The notes under the pieces are model-generated. The model was not told where the DNA came from, made no database searches, and worked only from the letters and a program-made list of their open reading frames with translations. This document shows positions 36,929-46,190 of a stretch of 64,000 nt of DNA, one piece after another. Source of the DNA: Dehalococcoidia bacterium (GTDB lineage: Bacteria > Chloroflexota > Dehalococcoidia > Lucifugimonadales > UBA2985). Both the position numbers and the translations under genes were made by a program. Within the stretch, counting starts at the first letter, position 1. Every line of letters starts with the position of its first letter. The stretch lies in the NCBI GenBank assembly GCA_965222415.1, contig CBDCTU010000004.1, forward strand, positions 128,850 to 192,849, written 5' to 3'.

Positions 36929-38257
36929 CTATCCCAAATCCGACATTATCATGTCGGCTACCTGCTTGCCCATGCGCACGCTGTAGTTGGTGCCCCGGTC
37001 CTCCGGATACACCTGGGTGGTGTTCGCCAGGTACAGGTCCCTGATGGGCGTGCGGTGATCGGGTATCTGCTGGGAGTAGTTGGTGCCGATTATGGGCTGC
37101 GCGGCCGCAACCTTGTGATAGTGCCACTCCTCTATCCAGGAGGGATCGAAGCGGGGGTTTATCTTCTTCAGGTGCGGCGTGTACTCGTCAAGCAGCTCCT
37201 GCTCAGACATGTGGAACAGGGGGCTGTCCTCCCCCAGGTAGTTGGAGATGTACAGGATGTGCTTGCCTCCGTAGATGGAGGGGTCGACGAAGTTGGTCTG
37301 CTCGATGAGGCCCACAAAGGGGATTGAGCGGTCGGCTATGTTCAGCCAGTAGATGGGCGACAGCGGCTCCTTGAGAACTAGGATGACCAGCACCGCCGAC
37401 AGGTATGTGACGTTCTGGAGCTTGTCCACGTAGTCCTGCGGCAGCGACGGCACGAGCCGTGGAAACACGTAGGACGGGGTTGTGGCAAGCACCGCATCGA
37501 AGCGACGGACGTCAGCGCCGCCGTCGGCGTTCGGTATCTCCAACCCAACGGCCCGTCCGTCCTCCACGGTGATGGACCTGACGGGCGTGGAGAGATTCAC
37601 CTCGCTGCCCTGCTCGCCGATGCGCTCTGCCAGCACCTCGAATATCTCCGCGAAGCTGCCCATCGGGTAGCCCAGCCGCTCCCTCTGCATCCCCTTCAGC
37701 CCCTTGCCGCGTGAGGCGAAGCGGGTCTGTATCTTGCCCCAGAACCAGGGCATTCCCACCTTGTCGAAGTGCGCCCCGAACTTGCCTCTGAGCAACGGGC
37801 CCCACACCACGTCGTAGACGCCTTTGCCGGCGTACTTGCGGATCCAATCCGAAGCTACAAAAGGCTCCAGTTTCCGCCAGTCCTTGTACCTGCGCAGGTA
37901 CAGAGTGACCAGACCCAGCCTGAATCGGTCTATCAGGCTGAGGGGCGAGAATCGCAGGAGGTCGCCCGGAGTCACGAAGTTGTATATCTTGTCGCCGTAG
38001 AAGATACCCACCTTGGACTCTATCCAGGCCATCCTGTGGCCCAGCCCAATCTCGTGGACCAGATCAACTATGTCCGTGTCGCTTGTGAAGAGGTGATGGT
38101 ATCCCCTCTCCAGCCGACCGCCCCCCACGTCGAAAGTAGAAGCCTGCCCGCCCAGGAATGGCGCGCCCTCGTAAACCGACGCCTGGTGCCCGGCCTTGCC
38201 CAGGGTATAGGCGGCCGCCAGGCCGGCCGCGCCCGCCCCTATTATGCCCACTTTCAT
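36929..38257 (-). CDS. FAD-dependent oxidoreductase (amine oxidase / phytoene desaturase-like fold)
   Basis: MKVGIIGAGAAGLAAAYTLGKAGHQASVYEG...LGG dinucleotide-binding motif. Confidence 0.85.
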   Translation of the reverse strand: MKVGIIGAGAAGLAAAYTLGKAGHQASVYEGAPFLGGQASTFDVGGGRLERGYHHLFTSDTDIVDLVHEIGLGHRMAWIESKVGIFYGDKIYNFVTPGDLLRFSPLSLIDRFRLGLVTLYLRRYKDWRKLEPFVASDWIRKYAGKGVYDVVWGPLLRGKFGAHFDKVGMPWFWGKIQTRFASRGKGLKGMQRERLGYPMGSFAEIFEVLAERIGEQGSEVNLSTPVRSITVEDGRAVGLEIPNADGGADVRRFDAVLATTPSYVFPRLVPSLPQDYVDKLQNVTYLSAVLVILVLKEPLSPIYWLNIADRSIPFVGLIEQTNFVDPSIYGGKHILYISNYLGEDSPLFHMSEQELLDEYTPHLKKINPRFDPSWIEEWHYHKVAAAQPIIGTNYSQQIPDHRTPIRDLYLANTTQVYPEDRGTNYSVRMGKQVADMIMSDLG

Positions 38258-39345
38258 CGGGAATCCTCCGTTTCCGGTCTCGCTCCCGTAGTCGGATACG
38301 GCAACGGGGACGTCTGCATTTGGCTATCTCGCGTTAGCTGGCCAAAGGATACCTTCTCAGCCCAGAGGAATACAAAGCCCAGCAACGTCACGGGTATGAG
38401 CAGCGCCGCGTGCACCACGATGGTGTACGCGCCCGCCGCGGACGCCTCCGCTCCCAGCAGCGTGAGGGTCGTGGCCGCCGCCACCTCGAAGGCTCCCACG
38501 CCTCCTCCGGCCGCCGGCACCGACGTAGCCAGGTTGGAGACGGCGGTGACCAGCAGTATGACGCCAGCCATCTCGGCCAGGCCGAAGGACTTGTCCAGGT
38601 TGAAGGAGAAGGCTACTATGTAGTACATCAGCGCCTCCATCAGCCACACCGGCAGGGAGAGCAGGAACACCACCGCAAGGCGTCTGGGGTCCTTCAGCGA
38701 CGCAAGCCCGTCGATGAACACACTGATCAGCCCTCTCACCCGGTCCCTGACCCGGGCTGGAAGGATACCCGTCGTCCGGTCAATCAGCGTCTTGAACCAG
38801 GGAGGCGAGGACGCTGCGGCTATCATGAAGAGGAGCACCCCGACAAACGGCATGGACATCGCCAGTGCCAGCAACACCCAGGGGACTCCCGCCTTATCCG
38901 CCAGCCCTTGCAGCAGTCCCACTATCGGCAGGAACAGGCCGACGACCGCGGCGAAAAAAAGGAGCGTGAGGCCGTCGAACACCCGCTCCACGGCTATGGT
39001 GGCGAGGGCGGAGACCTTGCTGACATTCTCCCGCTCCCCCACGTAGTAGGCCCTCACCACCTCGCCCAGTCGCACGGGGAGAACGTTGTTGGCCATATAG
39101 CCGACCACCACCACGGGGTAGAGTCGCCGGACGCTCAGGCCCTTCACCGGCGCAAGAAGGTACTGCCACCGGAAGGTCCGGAAGAAGACTGAGCCGAAGT
39201 AGACCAGAATGGCCGGTACAAGCGCAAAGTAGTTGGCCTCTCCCATCTTCTCCCACGTCTCGCCAATGTCCAGGCGGGACAGGAAGATGCCCAGGAAGAG
39301 TGCGCTTATCCCTATGGCAAGCCAGAAGCGGTAGGACTTGTGCAA
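38254..39345 (-). CDS. flippase-like / lysylphosphatidylglycerol-synthase TM-region family (UPF0104) membrane protein
   Basis: Polytopic 363-aa protein with the N-terminal pattern WLAIGISALFLGIFLSRLD...FRTFRWQYLL. A 4-nt overlap joins it to the downstream oxidoreductase gene. Confidence 0.75.
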   Translation of the reverse strand: MHKSYRFWLAIGISALFLGIFLSRLDIGETWEKMGEANYFALVPAILVYFGSVFFRTFRWQYLLAPVKGLSVRRLYPVVVVGYMANNVLPVRLGEVVRAYYVGERENVSKVSALATIAVERVFDGLTLLFFAAVVGLFLPIVGLLQGLADKAGVPWVLLALAMSMPFVGVLLFMIAAASSPPWFKTLIDRTTGILPARVRDRVRGLISVFIDGLASLKDPRRLAVVFLLSLPVWLMEALMYYIVAFSFNLDKSFGLAEMAGVILLVTAVSNLATSVPAAGGGVGAFEVAAATTLTLLGAEASAAGAYTIVVHAALLIPVTLLGFVFLWAEKVSFGQLTRDSQMQTSPLPYPTTGARPETEDSR

Positions 39346-39449
39346 ACGCGAGGCTCCAAGCTCAGAGGTATGGTTACAGTTGCACCAGTATACCTACAAT
39401 GTACGAACGAGGACAATACGGGAGGCCGCGCCGGTATTCCCCGGGTCTG

Positions 39450-39478
39450 TTGATAATGGCGAACAGCGCCGCTATCAT
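39450..39478 (+). promoter_or_regulatory. candidate sigma70 promoter (TTGATA-17-TATCAT)
   Basis: ttgata at 39450-39455 and tatcat at 39473-39478, upstream of the LRR lipoprotein gene (GGGAGG RBS). Confidence 0.35.
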
Positions 39479-39531
39479 ACCCACATGAATCTGTTGGCTA
39501 TGGTGTCAGGCAAAACCGGGAGGTAAAGAAA

Positions 39532-40680
39532 ATGACCCGTACACCCACCACAAGATACGTGACCCTGTTGAGCGTTGTCCTTGCGCTGGCCCTTACGGCG
39601 TCGCTCGCGGCCTGCGGCTCCGATGAGCCGTCCGGCGTGACAGGCCCCGACCGGACCGCGTCCACCCCAACGGAGACGCCGGCCTCCCCCGCACGGACGC
39701 CTTCCACGCCAGGGTCAGGGGTCGCGCCCACGGCCACCGTTGCGCCTACACCTGCGGCTACGACAGCGCCGCCCGCGGCCTCCGGCTCCGTCGAAACGGA
39801 CCGGGCGGCGCTGGTTGCCCTCTACGACGCAACGAACGGTGATAACTGGAGTAACAGCCGCAACTGGCTGAGCGACGTGCCCCCCGGCGAATGGGAGGGC
39901 GTCTACACTGACGACGACGGGCGCGTTACATGGCTGGAACTCAACTACAACGGGTTAATCGGGGAGATACCGGCGGAGTTGGGCAGTCTCTCCAACCTGA
40001 CATATCTGTACCTCGAAAACAACGCCTTGAGCGGGGAGATACCGGCGGAGTTGGGCAGCCTCTCCAGCCTGACACATCTGTACCTCGAAAACAACGCCTT
40101 GAGCGGGGAGATACCGGCGGAGCTGGGCAGCCTCTCCAACCTGACAGAGTTGTACCTAAGCGAGAACCAGTTAATCGGGGAGATACCGGCGGAGTTGGGC
40201 AGCCTCTCCAGCCTGTCAGCGCTGTACCTAAGCGACAACGAGTTGAGCGGGGAGATACCGGCGGAGTTGGGCAGCCTCTCCAACCTGTCAGCGCTGTACC
40301 TCAACGGCAACGCCTTGAGCGGGGAGATACCGCCGGAGCTGGGCAGCCTTTCCAACCTGACAGAGCTGTACCTCAGCGTCAACGAGTTGAGCGGGGAGAT
40401 ACCGGCGGAGTTGGGCAGCCTTTCCAACCTGGAAGCGCTGTACCTCAGTGTCAACGAGTTGAGCGGGGAGATACCGGCGGAGCTGGGCAGTCTCTCCAAC
40501 CTGGAAGTGCTGGGCCTCAGCAACAACGACTTGAGCGGGGAGATACCGGCGGAGCTGGGCAGCCTCTCCAACCTGCTAGGGATGGTCCTCGGCGGCAACG
40601 ACTTGAGCGGGTGCGTGCCAAGCAGCCTGGAAGACCAGTTTACCTCCTATTCTGACCTTGGCGGCCTGCCCTTCTGCTGA
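39532..40680 (+). CDS. lipoprotein with about ten plant-specific-type 24-aa leucine-rich repeats
   Basis: Lipobox LAAC and a Pro/Thr/Ala-rich linker. An N-cap DRAALVALYDATNGDNWSNSRNW is followed by repeated L..L.L..N.LSGEIPAELGSLSNL units. Confidence 0.85.
   Translation: MTRTPTTRYVTLLSVVLALALTASLAACGSDEPSGVTGPDRTASTPTETPASPARTPSTPGSGVAPTATVAPTPAATTAPPAASGSVETDRAALVALYDATNGDNWSNSRNWLSDVPPGEWEGVYTDDDGRVTWLELNYNGLIGEIPAELGSLSNLTYLYLENNALSGEIPAELGSLSSLTHLYLENNALSGEIPAELGSLSNLTELYLSENQLIGEIPAELGSLSSLSALYLSDNELSGEIPAELGSLSNLSALYLNGNALSGEIPPELGSLSNLTELYLSVNELSGEIPAELGSLSNLEALYLSVNELSGEIPAELGSLSNLEVLGLSNNDLSGEIPAELGSLSNLLGMVLGGNDLSGCVPSSLEDQFTSYSDLGGLPFC
39955..40610 (+). repeat. 72-bp coding tandem repeats (LRR units)
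   Basis: ggggagataccggcggagYtgggcagYctctccaRcctg recurs every 72 bp inside the LRR CDS. Confidence 0.9.
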
Positions 40681-40861
40681 AGCCACGCGCCCTCAGCCGG
40701 GGACGGACGGCATATCGCCCGGAATGTCTCGCAAGGTATCCTCGGCAAGGATGGGGCCGGTCAACTTCGCGCCGCCATGCCGGCCCTCCCTCGCTACGGA
40801 GACCTTTGCGGGACCCCTGGCGTGGGTATGCCCCCTCTATGACTCTCCCACTTCAGGAGAG

Positions 40862-41457
40862 CTTTGAACAACCCAGGTGTATCTCCTAGAGGAAGCTGTC
40901 TTCTTCGTCATTCCCGTGAAAACGGGAATCTAAAGCCCTTCTTTCAAGGCCTCGTAGCCTTGCAGATAGCGTTCTTAGATTCCTGCCTCCGCAGGAATGA
41001 CGGTGAGGGCAATTCTTGTGGGATGACGCTATGGGTTATGCAAAGGTCTCCTTCAGGGGAGAGAATGCCCCTTCCCCCGCAGGCGTGGGTGTGCTGTGTA
41101 GTGGACTCCGCTCATATGGTTCGACAAGCTCACCCCCGTATCAAGTACGGGGCAGGCTATGAGCGGGTCAACGAAACCATGCCTGCGAAAGCAGGCATCC
41201 AGAGGGGGGGTGTGGAGGCGTGGGCTCTAGCCTGCGGAGACCTCTGCGCAACACGCGCGGCAGCTCCGTTGAATGTCATTCTGAGCCCTTCGGCTACGCT
41301 CAGGATAAACTACGCGAAGAATCCGAAGGGTTTTACCCCAAGACAGCGCAGTTCTGCGAGCAAAGGCTTTGGATTCCTCACTTCGCTGCGCTACGTTCGG
41401 AATGACAGTAGGGGCGCCTCTTCTGGAAGATACGCCGGAGTTATGCAAAGGTATGCG
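40862..41457. repeat. large composite cluster of at least four REP/MITE-like repeat families
   Basis: Contains the 30097-30330 homolog and a ggttcgacaagctcac..gtacggggcaggct..gagcgg unit (compare 49225-49380). It also holds a cattctgagc..gaagaatc / gattcctcac..cgttcggaatgac inverted pair, the atgcctgcgaaagcaggcat hairpin, and the gttatgcaaaggt motif. Confidence 0.8.
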
Positions 41458-41482
41458 GAAGCAGGGTTCTGGCGGGCAGACC

Positions 41483-43717
41483 TCACGGCTCTGAAGTCTC
41501 CTTGGGGAAGTACGCGATGGCCCTGTGATTGAGGTAATCTATGTCCGTCTTGCGATAGACGTAGTAGTCCAGGAAACCGCGCCACTTGTCCCGGCTGATC
41601 AGGCTGCTGGCGGCCTCGCCCAGGCCCAGGCACGGCTCGTCCCGCCTGTCGCTGCACGGCTTGTACCCCTCCGGAGGCCACCAGAGGTACATGAACTCTC
41701 TACCAGGGCCGTAGTTTCCGACGTATCTGGCCATCCTGTCCTTGTTGCGGTCGCTGATGAGCAGCACCGAACCCTCCGGCTCCTGGGTCGCATTGCCCGC
41801 ATCGAAATAGTCGACGGTCTCGTAGTCGCGTATATACCAGACGAGGCCCCAGTAGATGTCCTTGTCCACGGTAACGCGCAGTTGGTCTCCCTCGCCTGTA
41901 CTCTGGGCCAATTCGCGTATATCCGCCATTATGCCGGGGACCTCACGGGAGTCCTGGGCGTAGACCAGCATCTCCTCCGGGATGTCGCCGTTGATATAGC
42001 TGGCGTGCCAGCCCGTCCTGACGGCCAACACCAGGAGGACCAGGGCGAAGGACAGGGCCACAATCCTCAGACCGGTGCCCGCGCCCGAGCGCAGGACCAG
42101 GTGCACTCCCAGTCCCACCAGCACGAGGACGACTACAAACAGGGACCAGAACTCAACGAAGTTGAAGAACCTGCCCCGCTCTATGTCGAAGAGAACGAGC
42201 CTCACCAGCAGGTAGAGGAGAAGCGCCGTTAAGGGGATGAGATACAGCCCTCCGGCGCTCAGGACGCGTCGCCACCGGACGGCCGCTATCATATCCCCGA
42301 TGAGCTTCCCGGAAAGCACTATCATGGGCAGGGCTATGCTCGCCAGCAGCCAGGGCATCTTCTCCCCTGCCCACGTGTAGAGCAGGACGGTCGTGACTAC
42401 CCAGTAGGACAGGAACCTGGTGAAGCTGTTGCCTCGAAGGGTGTAGTAAACCACCCCCGCTACGGAGAAGATCAGGGGCAGCGTCTCGTACAGAGGCGCG
42501 ATCACGAAGTAGTAGTACCAGGGCTGGTCTCCCCTGTTCACGTCGTGCTGCACTATCCAGTATCCAAGGGACTGCCACATTCCGCTGGCAACACCCAGTG
42601 CGTTGGTGAAGAAGGTGGTGTACAGGAGCAGCCACACGCTGTAGAAGACGGCGGCGCAGCGCAGCCAGACCTGCCTGTTCCACGAGACTCCGACCAGCGT
42701 CGAGAACCACAGCGCCGCGAACACCAACAGCGCGGCTATCACCATGCCCTTGGTTACGTCCACGTTCTGGATTGTCCAGAGCACGTCTCCGGCGGGTGCG
42801 CCTACCGGGTTGCCGCTGCCCGCCAGAACGACCCCGTAGCTCTTCAGCGCGCTTTGGAACAGGCTTACCAGCGCTACGGCCTGCGGCAGTAGCAGGGTCG
42901 ACAGCAGGACCAGGAACGCCCCCGGTCGCGAGAACGCCGATAACCGGGCCCGTCCACGGGCGCGCCCGTAGCCATATCCAATGCCCGGAGTGTAGCGGTA
43001 CTCGTCGTCCGGCTGGTCTGCGCCGACTCCGGCAGCGGCGGGCCGGCGCAGCAGCCAGGGAACCCAGTCCTTCGCTGCCACTATCAGCAGGTAGCTTCCC
43101 AGAATGCCTACGACGAAGAAGGTCGTCTCCTTGGTGGCGAATGCCATTGCGAGCGTCAGGGCGCTCAGGTACAGGTAGCGAGGCTTGCCTTCGACCATGT
43201 CTCGCCACAGCAGGATGATCAGGCCCAGTGTCCATACGGCCATGAAGATGTCGTTGCGGGCGTAGCGGCTGTAGAAGAGCATCATTGGCGAGAAGGCCAG
43301 AAGGACGGCTGTGACAAGCGCCCCTGCCCTGCCCAGATGCGAGCGGAAGAAGTAAGGGAGGGCTACCAGGACTGTCCCGAATATTGCCGCCGGCAGCCGC
43401 GAAGTGAACTCGCTGTCTCCGAAAAGGAAGAACATGGCGGCAATGCCGTGGTACTGGAATGGGCCATGGGAAAGGGGGTTGTGCTGGTAGCCGAGGCCCT
43501 CGGCCAGGCGGAAGCTGTAGTACAGGTGCAGACTTTCGTCGTAACCTATGGCTCTTGCGCCAAGGTCCCAGAAACGCATGGACGCGGCCACCAGAATCAA
43601 CAGCGCGTACGCTGCCACCTCCCAGTGGGAAGCCAGCAGGAAGAGCAGGCTCCCCCTTTGCTCGTCCGCAGAGGCGACGCTGGACTCCTTCATAACGGCT
43701 CTGTCACTCTCGTACAC
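41483..43717 (-). CDS. TIGR03663-like membrane glycosyltransferase (GT39/ArnT-like fold)
   Basis: 744-aa polytopic protein with RFWDLGARAIGYDESLHLYYS near the N-terminus. An alternative ATG start at 43693 would avoid overlap with the upstream gene. Confidence 0.8.
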   Translation of the reverse strand: MYESDRAVMKESSVASADEQRGSLLFLLASHWEVAAYALLILVAASMRFWDLGARAIGYDESLHLYYSFRLAEGLGYQHNPLSHGPFQYHGIAAMFFLFGDSEFTSRLPAAIFGTVLVALPYFFRSHLGRAGALVTAVLLAFSPMMLFYSRYARNDIFMAVWTLGLIILLWRDMVEGKPRYLYLSALTLAMAFATKETTFFVVGILGSYLLIVAAKDWVPWLLRRPAAAGVGADQPDDEYRYTPGIGYGYGRARGRARLSAFSRPGAFLVLLSTLLLPQAVALVSLFQSALKSYGVVLAGSGNPVGAPAGDVLWTIQNVDVTKGMVIAALLVFAALWFSTLVGVSWNRQVWLRCAAVFYSVWLLLYTTFFTNALGVASGMWQSLGYWIVQHDVNRGDQPWYYYFVIAPLYETLPLIFSVAGVVYYTLRGNSFTRFLSYWVVTTVLLYTWAGEKMPWLLASIALPMIVLSGKLIGDMIAAVRWRRVLSAGGLYLIPLTALLLYLLVRLVLFDIERGRFFNFVEFWSLFVVVLVLVGLGVHLVLRSGAGTGLRIVALSFALVLLVLAVRTGWHASYINGDIPEEMLVYAQDSREVPGIMADIRELAQSTGEGDQLRVTVDKDIYWGLVWYIRDYETVDYFDAGNATQEPEGSVLLISDRNKDRMARYVGNYGPGREFMYLWWPPEGYKPCSDRRDEPCLGLGEAASSLISRDKWRGFLDYYVYRKTDIDYLNHRAIAYFPKETSEP

Positions 43718-46133
43718 GGTAAATTGTCACGTCCTCGCTCTCGAACACCGCTTCACCGATTTGCGGGAACTTGGCCAGTCCGCCCAAGCCATAGGAGACC
43801 CTCTCGCGTGGGCCTACCACCACGTACTGAACGTCGTACTCCTTCAGGAGGCGCACTGCCTCCGAAGCATCGGGTGTAGTGTAGATGGTTCTGACATCCT
43901 CTGCCCTGCCCTCGAAGGGCTCTCGGGAGCCGCGCCACTGGTGCTCGTGCCAGGGCCAGCCGAGAACGGTCGGCATCCCGGTGCTGGAGGAGACGCGGCC
44001 GTAGGGGCTCCAGCTGTCTCCAACCGCCTCCACAATCCCTTCGCCCTCCTTCCCGTTCTCTTGGAGCCACTGGATGGCGGCGTACTCCCCTGGACTGGAG
44101 CGGGCGATGTAAGCCAGGCCGTCAAGGGTGTTTTCACCGCCGTTCCCGCCCTTGGTGAGGGCCGCCTCCACCGGATAGTAGAGCGATGCCAGAAAGAGAC
44201 CTCCTGCCAGGACCCACCATCCCCTCAAGGCCCATTTGTAGACGCTCCCGGATGGGGGTTTTGTCGAATTCAAGAAGTATAGGCCAAAGGCGGAAGCTAT
44301 AGCAAGGAGAGTCCAAGCCTGGTAGTACAGCTTGAAGATGGTGTTCATCCTGTTGTGGAAGAGGTCGTCCACGCGCAGGAACTCCGGCCCCAGCGCCAGG
44401 AGCAGCGCCAGCGACACTATGGATAGTACGAAGACCATTACGGGAGACACACCGGACTCGGCGTACCGGATAAGGCTGTACAGGCTCACGAAGAGAATCA
44501 GGGCCAGTGGAGCGGTGTTCAGGAACCGCTCGCCTACCACTACTATGGGGTCGGTTGACCACGTCAGGGTGCTCCAGGCCAGCTGCCAGGTGGCCCACAC
44601 GAAGAGCGGGGTGAGCACTACGCCAATTGCAACGCAAGCCCTTGGCCAGAACTCCCTGGAGCGGGCCAGATTGGCAAGGCTTGAGCGCCGGCCGGCCGGA
44701 GCGGCGCTGTCGGCGTCGGCGCTGGGATACCCGCCGGACGATACGCCGGCGCCCAGCGACAGCGCTCGCGGTATCTGCCTGAGCAGGAAGGGCAGCAGCG
44801 CCACAAGGAACAGGCCCCATATCACGAAGAAGTGCACCGGCCGTGTGCCTACCTCGCCCACAGGCAGTATGCCCGTTGCCTGGCTGTCCAGGCTGACATA
44901 GAAGGGCAGGTACAGGAGTATCGCCAGGGACAGGGTCGCTGCGGCTGGCAGCCACGCCTGGAGCAGCGCTCTCGTCCACGCTCCATCCTCCTGGCGGACG
45001 GCCTTGAATGCAAGCAACGCCGCCCAGAGCGCGGTAAATGTGACTATGTCCCAGGCGTTGACAAAGGCGAGGCCGCCCAGCAGCAGCGCAGCCACGAGGA
45101 CTGCGCCCGGACGCTCCATCACCCACCGCGCGCTCAGACGGGCCGGCGACATGAAGGTGCTGAGGCCAAAGGCAAGGAATAGCAGGACAAAGGGGATGGA
45201 CATCACGTGAGGATGCAGGTCGCCCAGGAGGAAGCTGAAGAAAGGGAACTCGGTTATGGTGTAATCCAGGCTGCCTCCCTGCTCGTTGAGGCTGTCTATG
45301 ACCCGTGTGCCTCGCCACCACCACAGGTGCTCCGTTGGTCGCCAGGAAGCCACCTCAAGGGCGCCGAAGTTCTTGATTCCCAACCAATCCCAGAACGACG
45401 CCGGCGCCCACTGACGCAGCCTTACGAACTCCAGTGCGCCCTGCAGGTTGCTCACCGCTATCAGCAACACCGGGGCCACAAGAGCGAACCCCATCCCTTT
45501 ACGAGACGAGGCTCCGTGCGCGCGCGTCAGGTTGTAAACCAGGCCGTAGGCGGCGGATCCGGCCATCGCCGGGATGAGGGCAAGGGCAAGGTTGTAGGAA
45601 ATGCGGGAAGGTATGAAGGTAAGCTCCGTCAGGTTGCCCATCATCAGGTATCCGAAATAGTAGTATGGCAGGTCGTGGCCTCTCAGCCACGGGTCCTCCG
45701 GCGGAAAGAAGCCGGCCAGGATGGAGGCGTTGAGGAATGCGAAATCCATCGGCTTTTCGGTGGAATCGATGGAGGGGTCGTAGACCCGGTAGACGACCCA
45801 TGCCACGTACAGGGCGAGGAACACCACCTCCCCCAGCATGAGGGCGCGCCTCTCCCGGCGGACGAAGTCCAACATCTCCGCGCGCCGTCGCATTGCGAAC
45901 CACCCGGAGACGACTGCGAACAGGCCCAAGGCGGCCCAGAGGGTGAGGGGCGTGGTGGGCACAATGTGAAGCGAGCCTAGCATCCACAGGGGCCAGGACA
46001 GCAGGATGAGACCCAGGGGTTTGGCTACGGAATATCCCCTGTCCCTGAGGCCGCTAAAGAGGATAAAGGCCAGAGGGAAGGCTATGATCCCGATAAGCTC
46101 TGCGGCCAGGAGCCAGGTTAAGGCGTTTGCCAC
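43704..46133 (-). CDS. DUF2298 / Chlor_Arch_YYY domain membrane protein
   Basis: 809-aa highly hydrophobic protein containing the diagnostic triple-Tyr segment RGHDLPYYYFGYLM. GTG start. Confidence 0.85.
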   Translation of the reverse strand: MANALTWLLAAELIGIIAFPLAFILFSGLRDRGYSVAKPLGLILLSWPLWMLGSLHIVPTTPLTLWAALGLFAVVSGWFAMRRRAEMLDFVRRERRALMLGEVVFLALYVAWVVYRVYDPSIDSTEKPMDFAFLNASILAGFFPPEDPWLRGHDLPYYYFGYLMMGNLTELTFIPSRISYNLALALIPAMAGSAAYGLVYNLTRAHGASSRKGMGFALVAPVLLIAVSNLQGALEFVRLRQWAPASFWDWLGIKNFGALEVASWRPTEHLWWWRGTRVIDSLNEQGGSLDYTITEFPFFSFLLGDLHPHVMSIPFVLLFLAFGLSTFMSPARLSARWVMERPGAVLVAALLLGGLAFVNAWDIVTFTALWAALLAFKAVRQEDGAWTRALLQAWLPAAATLSLAILLYLPFYVSLDSQATGILPVGEVGTRPVHFFVIWGLFLVALLPFLLRQIPRALSLGAGVSSGGYPSADADSAAPAGRRSSLANLARSREFWPRACVAIGVVLTPLFVWATWQLAWSTLTWSTDPIVVVGERFLNTAPLALILFVSLYSLIRYAESGVSPVMVFVLSIVSLALLLALGPEFLRVDDLFHNRMNTIFKLYYQAWTLLAIASAFGLYFLNSTKPPSGSVYKWALRGWWVLAGGLFLASLYYPVEAALTKGGNGGENTLDGLAYIARSSPGEYAAIQWLQENGKEGEGIVEAVGDSWSPYGRVSSSTGMPTVLGWPWHEHQWRGSREPFEGRAEDVRTIYTTPDASEAVRLLKEYDVQYVVVGPRERVSYGLGGLAKFPQIGEAVFESEDVTIYRVRE

Positions 46134-46190
46134 GTGGTCAGTCCCCGTCTTTCATTCAGGGGTTCTTGCGGCGACGGCCCAGTCTTCCCA

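Noticed and set aside
39955-40610. 72-bp periodic repeats as a CRISPR or non-coding array
   Set aside because: They lie inside a well-supported CDS and encode 24-aa LRR units.
40864-41532. 222-aa ORF and other ORFs inside repeat clusters (30065..30388, 47205..47519, 55710..55988, 49151..49456)
   Set aside because: They read through REP/MITE-like repeats (CHSERSEES, SFPRKRESK-type translations) and are not credible genes.
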